Origin: an uncultured Acidobacteriota bacterium
GTDB taxonomy: Bacteria; Acidobacteriota; Thermoanaerobaculia; Thermoanaerobaculales; Sulfomarinibacteraceae
Assembly: GCA_963814875.1 (NCBI GenBank)
Contig: CAWFFJ010000041.1
Span: 19,062-83,061 of the forward strand
Length of the DNA stretch: 64,000 nt
Direction: 5' to 3'
Every line of letters starts with the position of its first letter. The first letter of the stretch is position 1. Shown in pieces: positions 38,147 to 44,739 of this stretch. The notes beneath the pieces are model-generated. The model was not told where the DNA came from and searched no databases. It saw only the letters and a list, made by a program, of their open reading frames with translations. Both the position numbers and the translations under genes were made by a program.

Positions 38147-38704
38147 TCAGACGAGCTCGGCGTCGTCGTCGAGCAGGCCGGGGATGGGCTCGACGGTCAC
38201 TACCCGGCCCTCGAGATCCACTGCACGGATGATCTCGGGTACGTACGGCACGAGGAACTCGCGCTGCCCGCGACGCACGACCAGGCGTGTCTGACCGCCG
38301 CTCGGGTCGAGGCCGGTGACGACCCCGAAGTCTTCGCCGGCCGGCGAGCGGCACTCGAGACCTACCAGGTGGTGCTCGTAGTAGTAACCCTCTGGCAGCT
38401 CGTCGAGCGCCTGCTCCGGCAGGAAAAGGTAGCGACCCCGCCACGCCTCGACCTCCGGGCGTTCCCGAAGGCCCACGACGGACAGCAGCCACTTGCCCTT
38501 GTGGTAACGCACCGCGAACGCCTCGTGGATCTCCTCCGGTCCGCTGTCGGGGCCGAGCCCGAACCGGACCCCGGCAGCGAGGCGTTCCGGGAAGTCAGTG
38601 ATGATCTCGACCAGCACGTCGCCGTGGACGCCGTGGGGCTTACCGACGACGCCCACGATCAGCCACTCGCGGGAGCCTTCTGGCTCCCCGGAGGTTTCCA
38701 TCAC
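38147..38704 (-). CDS. rimM: 16S rRNA processing protein RimM
   Basis: 185 aa. [17 protein letters not shown] followed by a PRC-barrel. ATGA overlap with the upstream KH gene stop. Confidence 0.88.
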   Translation of the reverse strand: MMETSGEPEGSREWLIVGVVGKPHGVHGDVLVEIITDFPERLAAGVRFGLGPDSGPEEIHEAFAVRYHKGKWLLSVVGLRERPEVEAWRGRYLFLPEQALDELPEGYYYEHHLVGLECRSPAGEDFGVVTGLDPSGGQTRLVVRRGQREFLVPYVPEIIRAVDLEGRVVTVEPIPGLLDDDAELV

Positions 38705-38931
38705 TCGAGGATCTCGAGAACAAATCGCTTGTGCACCTTCATACCGGCGGCCGAGAGCAGGGTGCGGATCGCCCGAGCCGTGCGGCCCTGACGACCGATC
38801 ACCTTGCCCAGATCCTCGGTACGAACGCGAAGCTCCAGCACGGTGGTCTGTTCACCCTCGACCTCGGCCACCCGTACGTCCTCGGGATTGTCGACGAGGG
38901 CCCTGGCGATCTCTTCCAGCAGGTCTTTCAT
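38701..38931 (-). CDS. KH domain RNA-binding protein (UPF0109/YlqC family)
   Basis: In the frame of ORF 38701..39030. ATG 38931 gives [21 protein letters not shown]...[19 protein letters not shown]. Confidence 0.85.
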   Translation of the reverse strand: MKDLLEEIARALVDNPEDVRVAEVEGEQTTVLELRVRTEDLGKVIGRQGRTARAIRTLLSAAGMKVHKRFVLEILE

Positions 38932-38971
38932 CGCGCTCACGGGGAGATCCTTTCGTCGCGATCGCCGGGCG

Positions 38972-39214
38972 TCACGCCTGCCGCTGCACCTTCCCAATGA
39001 GGGCGCGGACGGTTTCGGAAACACCGGCACCCTTGCTCTGCCACTCGGAAACCTTGTCCATGTCGATCCGAATTTCCGGCGGGTTGGTGTTCGGGTTGTA
39101 GAGCCCGACCTGGTCCAAGTAGTCAGCGGTCGGAGGCTTGCGCGAATCGGACACTACCACGCGGTAGACCGGATCGTGCTTCGCCCCACCCCGCCGCAGT
39201 CTGATCATCAACAT
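38972..39214 (-). CDS. rpsP: 30S ribosomal protein S16
   Basis: 80 aa. [27 protein letters not shown]...DQVGLYNP. Confidence 0.93.
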   Translation of the reverse strand: MLMIRLRRGGAKHDPVYRVVVSDSRKPPTADYLDQVGLYNPNTNPPEIRIDMDKVSEWQSKGAGVSETVRALIGKVQRQA

Positions 39215-39266
39215 CTGCTCACTCCTCTCCGAGCGGCCGCTCTGGGGCCGCTGTACGCATTGTCGT

Positions 39267-40601
39267 TCATCGGATACCGAGCTGGCGCTTGAGGGCCTTG
39301 GGATCAGCCTTCCCCAGCCGCTTCATCAGCTTACGCATCTGTCCGAATTGCCGCAAGAGGCGGTTGATCTCCTCGACCGAGGTTCCGGAGCCCTTCGCGA
39401 TCCGCCGCTTGCGCGAGCCGTTGAGGATCTGCGGGTGACGCCGCTCCTGCGGCGTCATCGAACCGATCGCCGCCTGCATGCGCCGGAGCTGACGTTCCTG
39501 CTCCTGGGAGACGCCACCGGCCGGCAGCATCTTTCCCATCCCCGGGATCAGCTCCATCACCTGTTGAAGCGGTCCCATCTTCGCCAGGCTGGCGAGCTGA
39601 TCCCTCAGGTCCTCGAGGTCGAACTGGCTCTTCTTGAGCCTCGACTCTAGCCTCCGCGCCTGGCGCTCGTCGACAGCGCCCTGGGCCTTCTCGACCAGGG
39701 TCAGGACGTCGCCCATGCCGAGGATGCGGCTCGCCATGCGGTCGGGGTGGAACTGCTCGAGGCCGTCGAGCTGCTCGCCAACACCCGCGAACACGATCGG
39801 CTGTCCGACCACCTCGCGGACGGACAGCGCCGCGCCGCCGCGAGCGTCGCCGTCGAGCTTGGTCAGGATCACGCCGGTCAGGTCGAGGCGCTCGTGGAAA
39901 GCGCGCGCCGAGCGGACCGCATCCTGACCGGTCATCGCATCGGCAACAAACAGAAGCTGGCGCGGCTTCAGGATCGCCTTGAGGCGCTCGAGCTGAGCCA
40001 TCAGCTCGTCGTCGATGTGGAGCCGACCTGCCGTGTCGAAGATCAGGACCTGATAGCCCTTGATCGACGCCTCGCGCAGCGCGCGCTTGGCGATCGCCTC
40101 GGGGTCGTCCATGTCGCGGGTGTCGATGGTCGGAATCGACGCCTTCTGACCGAGCACCAGGAGCTGCTCACGCGCGGCGGGACGCGAGGTGTCCGCCGGG
40201 ACCAGGAGGGGGAACAGCCCCTTCTTGCCCTTCACCCACAGGGCGAGCTTGGCAGCGGTCGTGGTCTTGCCCGAGCCCTGGAGGCCGACCAACATGACCA
40301 CGGCCGGCCGCCCCTTGAAGTCGAGCTCGGTGGTGGTCCCGCCGAGCAGGCGCACGAGCTCTTCATACACGATCTTGGTGACCATCTGGGCAGGCGTGAC
40401 CGAGGTCAGGACCTCCCGGCCCAGCGCCCGCTCGCGGACCCGCTCCACGAAACCGGTGGCCACCTCGACGTTGACGTCAGCGGCCAGTAGTGCGAGCCGG
40501 ATCTCGCGCAGCGCGGCGTCGACGTGGTACTCGGTCAGGTGGCCCTCGCCGCGGAGGGTCTTGGTCACACGTGCGAGACGTTCCTGGAGGCTCTCCAGCA
40601 T
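39267..40601 (-). CDS. ffh: signal recognition particle protein Ffh
   Basis: 444 aa. N and G domains (GLQGSGKTTTAAKLA, DTAGRL, TKLDGDARGG) and an M domain (Met-rich, GSGTSVEEINRLL). Confidence 0.95.
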   Translation of the reverse strand: MLESLQERLARVTKTLRGEGHLTEYHVDAALREIRLALLAADVNVEVATGFVERVRERALGREVLTSVTPAQMVTKIVYEELVRLLGGTTTELDFKGRPAVVMLVGLQGSGKTTTAAKLALWVKGKKGLFPLLVPADTSRPAAREQLLVLGQKASIPTIDTRDMDDPEAIAKRALREASIKGYQVLIFDTAGRLHIDDELMAQLERLKAILKPRQLLFVADAMTGQDAVRSARAFHERLDLTGVILTKLDGDARGGAALSVREVVGQPIVFAGVGEQLDGLEQFHPDRMASRILGMGDVLTLVEKAQGAVDERQARRLESRLKKSQFDLEDLRDQLASLAKMGPLQQVMELIPGMGKMLPAGGVSQEQERQLRRMQAAIGSMTPQERRHPQILNGSRKRRIAKGSGTSVEEINRLLRQFGQMRKLMKRLGKADPKALKRQLGIR

Positions 40602-40610
40602 AAGGGTGGA

Positions 40611-40616
40611 AGTCTA
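40611..40616 (-). promoter_or_regulatory. -10-like TAGACT, 9 nt upstream of the ffh ATG
   Basis: The minus strand reads CCTAGACTTCCACCCTTATG. No Shine-Dalgarno sequence. Confidence 0.35.
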
Positions 40617-40707
40617 GGTGACAGACCCACATCGGTCAAGGCCACTGGACCGGAAGCTGGGGTCCTCAGGCGCGGCCTGCGGCGAATGTCCGGAGATCTC
40701 GAGACGG

Positions 40708-40713
40708 TATAAT
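40708..40713 (+). promoter_or_regulatory. -10-like TATAAT, 8 nt upstream of the LuxR-family ATG
   Basis: GGTATAATGAGATGAGATGAGG. No Shine-Dalgarno sequence between the hexamer and ATG 40722. Confidence 0.35.
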
Positions 40714-40721
40714 GAGATGAG

Positions 40722-41639
40722 ATGAGGGTGTCTCCTCCCGTCCTGCTCCCTCTGCGGCCGCCGCCATGCGACGATCCGGAGGTCGCCGCGATGCTGGCTG
40801 CGCTCGCCGCAGCTGCGGATGCCCACTGGTGCGAGCTCGACCTCACTCTCGAGGGCACAACGACCGTGCACCGCTACAGCGACGGGCGGCGCGAGGGCAC
40901 CGGTGTCAGCCTCATGATCGCATTCCCTGGCCGCTTCCGCGCGGGCCTCACTCTGGGAACGACAGCGCCTCCCGGACACGGTCTCGAACGGCTCGCCGGC
41001 CAGCTTCTCCACCAGCTGCTGCTCGCTCGGCGGCTCCAGGAGCAGGCCGCCTTCCTCCGCAGCGCGCTGGATGCGAGCGAGGTCGCGGTGCTGCTCTTCG
41101 ACCGTGGCGGGGCGATCGTGTACGCGAACCCATCCGCGGATCGCCTGCTCTCCCACCAGACCGAGGCCGGTCTCACGGTCGGCCAGGGCGGCGGAGCGCC
41201 GCAGCCACTGTTCAACCTGCTGTGCTCGGTGGTCGAGAACCTCGTCGACGGCTCCGAGGACACTCGCGGCTGGCAGGGGAACCTCGCCCTCTCGGATGGC
41301 ACGGTGCTGAGGTGCGAGCTGGTTCGCGTCCGGCCCGAGGGGGGAGCTGGGACCCTGCACCCGGCCGTGCTTGCCCACCTGCACCGTGTATCGGCGCGTC
41401 CGGAGCTCCAGGTCGACGCCTTCGCGGGCCGCCACAGCCTCAGCCCGCGCGAGGCCGAGGTGCTCCGCTTCCTGGTGCTGGGTCACGCGGTCAACGACGT
41501 CGCCGAGCGGCTCGGCATCAGCCCCCACACTGTCCGCGACCATGTCAAGAGCCTCTACCGCAAGACTGAATCGAACTCGCGCAATGAGCTGCTGCGGCGG
41601 GTGGCCTCCGACGGCGCCACGAACTCGCTCACGGGGTGA
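40722..41639 (+). CDS. PAS-like sensor / LuxR-family HTH transcriptional regulator
   Basis: 305 aa. PAS-like segment (ALDASEVAVLLFDRGGAIVYANPSADRLL). C-terminal LuxR HTH (LSPREAEVLRFLVLGHAVNDVAERLGISPHTVRDHVKSLYRK). Confidence 0.8.
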   Translation: MRVSPPVLLPLRPPPCDDPEVAAMLAALAAAADAHWCELDLTLEGTTTVHRYSDGRREGTGVSLMIAFPGRFRAGLTLGTTAPPGHGLERLAGQLLHQLLLARRLQEQAAFLRSALDASEVAVLLFDRGGAIVYANPSADRLLSHQTEAGLTVGQGGGAPQPLFNLLCSVVENLVDGSEDTRGWQGNLALSDGTVLRCELVRVRPEGGAGTLHPAVLAHLHRVSARPELQVDAFAGRHSLSPREAEVLRFLVLGHAVNDVAERLGISPHTVRDHVKSLYRKTESNSRNELLRRVASDGATNSLTG

Positions 41640-41682
41640 GCGTGCCGTCGCGGTATACTGTCCGGGAAACGGAGGTTGAACA

Positions 41683-42429
41683 ATGCGCCGGTGGGTAGTC
41701 CTCCTCGCAGTTCCCCTAATCGCTGTCCTCATGATGGCGGCCGCCGAGGGCTACGTCGTGGTGCTCAAGAACGGCTCGCGCATTCGCGCCCGGGAGCCGC
41801 TCAAGATCGAGGGCCGCAACGCGATCATCACCCTCGTGACGGGTACCCTGACCAGCCTCCCGATCGACCAGGTCGACCTGGTCGCCACGGAGCGTTACAA
41901 CCAGCTCGGGCTGGGCAGCGCCCTGATGGTCGACGAGCTCAGCAGCGAAACTCCGGTACCGACCTCGACTCCCAGGATCTCCCTCGGGCACTACGCCTCA
42001 ATCGACATGGAGGGCAATCCCGAGCTCGGCACCGCGATCACGCCAAGCCCGACGCCCACGCCCGGCATTCGCCTCCAGACGATCCAGTACGCCGACCAGA
42101 GGGTCACGCAGGCTTTCACCCAGCTGTTCGAGGACAAGCACTTCTACGTCTATCGCTTGAGCGCCGGCACCAGGCCGGGCTGCTTCTTCATCCAGGCGGT
42201 GACCGACTCTCAGAAGCAGGTCTTTGAGGCGCTGAGGGTGATCACCGAGGCCTACACGGTGATCGAACAGGTCGACGCTGCCAACGCCCCGGCCGCAATC
42301 GAGGTCGAGCTCCTCAGCTCGCAGAACAAGCCGGCGGGCACCTTCCGGCTCACTCCTGATCAGGCGCGCGAGCTGTCGTCCGGGGCGGTGAGCGTAGAGA
42401 AGTTCTACATCGATCACGTCATCTTTTAG
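41683..42429 (+). CDS. secreted hypothetical protein
   Basis: 248 aa. Signal peptide MRRWVVLLAVPLIAVLMMAAAEG, a PT-rich linker, and no recognisable domain. GGAGG upstream. Coding-like composition. Confidence 0.6.
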   Translation: MRRWVVLLAVPLIAVLMMAAAEGYVVVLKNGSRIRAREPLKIEGRNAIITLVTGTLTSLPIDQVDLVATERYNQLGLGSALMVDELSSETPVPTSTPRISLGHYASIDMEGNPELGTAITPSPTPTPGIRLQTIQYADQRVTQAFTQLFEDKHFYVYRLSAGTRPGCFFIQAVTDSQKQVFEALRVITEAYTVIEQVDAANAPAAIEVELLSSQNKPAGTFRLTPDQARELSSGAVSVEKFYIDHVIF

Positions 42430-42495
42430 GGCCACGGGCGCCGGAGAGTGGCGGCTGCGGCGCGAGATCCGGCACCATCTGCGTGGCTTTCGGGG

Positions 42496-42600
42496 GCGGC
42501 CCTGTCCTCAACGTAGCTGGGCTACGCTTCCGCTCGTCGACGGCTCGAAATCCCCACATGTGACGGCGCCTCGCGATCCTCGTGACGAAGCCCACCACGG
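42496..42600. repeat. diverged direct repeat R1 (contains the GTAGCTGGGCTAC hairpin)
   Basis: GCGGCCC-N12-GTAGCTGGGCTACGCTTCCG...ATCCCCACATGTG...CCTCGTGACGAAGCCCACC aligns with R2 at roughly 65-70% identity by eye. Confidence 0.6.
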
Positions 42601-42665
42601 TCGCCAGATTCCGGGGGCACACCGAGGCCCGTCTTGCGCGTCTCGCTTCGCCCCTCTCCCGCGTC

Positions 42666-42775
42666 CGCGGCCCACCGGAACGGAAGGTAGTTGGGCTACG
42701 CCTCCGGTATGGCCGAGCCCGATATCCGCACATCTTGCACCGCCTTGTGCCCCTCGCGACGAACCCGCCGCGCGC
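42666..42775. repeat. diverged direct repeat R2 (contains the GTAGTTGGGCTAC hairpin)
   Basis: GCGGCCC-N13-GTAGTTGGGCTACGCCTCCG...ATCCGCACATCTTG...CCTCGCGACGAACCCGCC. It lies about 172 bp downstream of R1 in the same orientation. Confidence 0.6.
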
Positions 42776-43066
42776 CCGCAGTCCGTCGGAAACCGACTGA
42801 GACATGGCGACGAGGTATGCGCGTCACGTTCTGCAGAATGACCTGAGGCTCCGTCGTCGTCGATGCTGCGGGGGGCTGTGGCAAGGTGGCGAAGCCAGCT
42901 TTCCACAACTCCGCAGCGCGAGCGGATGGCTTCGATCCAGTCTTCGTCGGGAGGATTGGCATCACGTCGGCACACTCCACCATGGCGACGTAACCAGCAG
43001 ACGCGCAGTGGGAAACTGGTGCGGCGAGCGCGGCCGGAGCCCGTCGCCACGCGAGGAGCTGATCCC

Positions 43067-44590
43067 ATGCGCCAGTTCACGCCACCGCTGCCCGACGACC
43101 TGAGCAACCGGAGCCTGATTGAAAACGTCCATCCTCCGAGCTGGACGAACCCCACGCCGCAGGGGCGCTACAACCTGGTCGTGGTGGGCGCCGGCACCGC
43201 GGGGCTGGTCGCCGCCGCGGGTGCCGCCGGTCTCGGCGCACGGGTGGCGCTGGTCGAGCGCGCCCTGATGGGCGGCGACTGCCTCAACGTCGGTTGTGTG
43301 CCCTCGAAGGCGATCCTCCGTTCCAGCCATGCCGCCGCCGGCATTCGCGATGCCGCCCGTTTCGGGGTGCACGTGGCGAGTGCGCCGCAGGTCGATTTCA
43401 CAGCGGTGATGCAGCGCATGCGCGCGGTCCGCGCCGGGATCAGCCCGCACGACTCGGCGCGGAGGTTCACCGACCACTACGGTGTCGACGTGTTCTTCGG
43501 CGACGCCCGATTCGTGTCGCGCGACACCGTCGAGGTCGCGGGTGCAACCCTGCGTTTCTCGCGGGCAGTGATCGCCACCGGGGCGCGGGCCGCAGTGCCC
43601 CCCATCCCGGGGCTTCGCGAGGCGGGCTACCTCACCAACGAGACCGTGTTCGAGCTCACCGAGCTGCCCCTCCGGCTGGCCGTGCTCGGTGCCGGACCGA
43701 TCGGCTGCGAGCTGGCCCAGGCCTTCGCCCGCCTCGGCAGCCGCGTCACCCTCATCGAGCGGCTCGACCGGGCGCTGCCGCGCGAGAACCCCGCCGCGGC
43801 ACGGGTCGTCCTCGACGCGCTCGCTGCCGACGGCATCGACGTGCGGCTGGAGACCAGCCTCGAGGCGGTGACATCCGGCGCGGCAGGGAAGGCGCTACGG
43901 GTCGAAGGCCCCGCAGGGCCCGCCATGCTCGAGGTCGACGCGATCCTGGTCGCGGTGGGTCGGATCCCCAACCTGGAGGGGCTCGGCCTCGAGGCAGCAG
44001 GAGTGGCGAGCGATCGATCCGGCGTCCGGGTCGAAGACACTCTCAGGACCTCGAACCCGAGGATCTACGCCTCCGGTGACGTCTGCCTGGCGCACCGGTT
44101 CACCCACGTCGCGGACGCGGCATCGCGAGCGGTCGTCCAGAACGCGCTCTTCCCTGGGCCGAAGAAGCGGATCAGCCGACTGGTCGTCCCGTGGTGCACC
44201 TACACCGACCCCGAGCTCGCCCACGTCGGGCTGACCGCGGCCGAAGCGGCGGCGCAGGGAGTCGCCCTCGACACCATCCGGATCGAGATGTCCGAGGTCG
44301 ACCGCGCCGTCGCCGAAGGCGACACGCGCGGCTTCCTGGAGGTGCACCTCAACGCAGGCACCGACACCATCCGGGGTGCGACTCTTGTCGGCCGGCACGC
44401 GGGAGAGATCATCTCCGAGATCACGACCGCGATCGTCGCAGGCCGTGGTCTGGGCTCCCTGGCTGCCGTGATCCACCCCTACCCGACGCGGGCCGAGATC
44501 GTGCGCAAGGCCGCCGACGCCTTCAACCGTACGCGTCTCTCCCCGACCTTCGCCGCGGTCCTCCGCCGCTGGTTCGCCTGGCGAAGGTGA
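43067..44590 (+). CDS. class I pyridine nucleotide-disulfide oxidoreductase (often auto-annotated as mercuric reductase or dihydrolipoyl dehydrogenase family)
   Basis: In the frame of ORF 42863..44590. ATG 43067 follows GAGGAG. VVVGAGTAGLVAA, GGDCLNVGCVPSK, NAD motif LGAGPIGCELA, HPYPT near the C-terminus. No HMA domain and no C-terminal Cys pair. Confidence 0.85.
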   Translation: MRQFTPPLPDDLSNRSLIENVHPPSWTNPTPQGRYNLVVVGAGTAGLVAAAGAAGLGARVALVERALMGGDCLNVGCVPSKAILRSSHAAAGIRDAARFGVHVASAPQVDFTAVMQRMRAVRAGISPHDSARRFTDHYGVDVFFGDARFVSRDTVEVAGATLRFSRAVIATGARAAVPPIPGLREAGYLTNETVFELTELPLRLAVLGAGPIGCELAQAFARLGSRVTLIERLDRALPRENPAAARVVLDALAADGIDVRLETSLEAVTSGAAGKALRVEGPAGPAMLEVDAILVAVGRIPNLEGLGLEAAGVASDRSGVRVEDTLRTSNPRIYASGDVCLAHRFTHVADAASRAVVQNALFPGPKKRISRLVVPWCTYTDPELAHVGLTAAEAAAQGVALDTIRIEMSEVDRAVAEGDTRGFLEVHLNAGTDTIRGATLVGRHAGEIISEITTAIVAGRGLGSLAAVIHPYPTRAEIVRKAADAFNRTRLSPTFAAVLRRWFAWRR

Positions 44591-44601
44591 AGGACTTTCA
44601 C

Positions 44602-44727
44602 CACAGAGACACAGAGGCACAGAAAGACACAGACGTTGAGCCGTGCCGTTGGTCGGATCCTCGGACCCGACCAACGGCACGGCTCAACGTCCTCTGTGGC
44701 CCTCTCTGTGTCTCCGTGCCTCTGTGG
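44602..44727. repeat. composite palindromic element: CACAGAGN octamer repeats, a 24-bp perfect hairpin, then CTCTGTGN octamer repeats
   Basis: Left: CACAGAGA CACAGAGG CACAGAAA GACACAGA (44602-44633). Inner arms 44633-44656 and 44667-44690 are perfectly complementary (ACGTTGAGCCGTGCCGTTGGTCGG / CCGACCAACGGCACGGCTCAACGT) with a 10-nt loop. Right: CCTCTGTG GCCCTCTCTGTG TCTCCGTG CCTCTGTG (44691-44726). It fills the whole gap between two convergent genes. Confidence 0.85.
44633..44690. terminator. 24-bp perfect stem-loop between convergent genes (candidate bidirectional terminator)
   Basis: A perfect 24-bp stem with a 10-nt loop, 43 nt after the + strand stop (44590) and 50 nt after the - strand stop (44740). 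No U-tract on either side. Confidence 0.45.
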
Positions 44728-44739
44728 TTCATTTCTCCG

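Noticed and set aside
40630-40680. Possible SRP (4.5S) RNA next to ffh (GGACCGGAAGCTGGGGTCC).
   Set aside because: It does not match the conserved domain IV core (GGAAG...AGCAG symmetric and asymmetric loops). It is only a short hairpin within a divergent promoter region.
42840-42990. The minus-strand frame reads ...RRDANPPDEDWIEAIRSRCGVVESWLRHL..., vaguely like the C-terminal helix of HEPN-type proteins. It could be a toxin-gene remnant.
   Set aside because: There is no R-x(4-6)-H motif and no intact ORF. The space upstream is occupied by the oxidoreductase gene. The resemblance is too weak to call a pseudogene.
43067-44590. Calling this gene mercuric reductase (merA).
   Set aside because: It lacks the N-terminal HMA (GMTCxxC) domain and the C-terminal Cys-Cys pair. 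No merR, merT or merP genes are nearby. Only the generic class I disulfide oxidoreductase assignment is supported.
44602-44727. CRISPR array, considered because of short regularly spaced repeats.
   Set aside because: The period is only 8 nt with no spacers, the two blocks are inverted relative to each other, and no cas genes are present.
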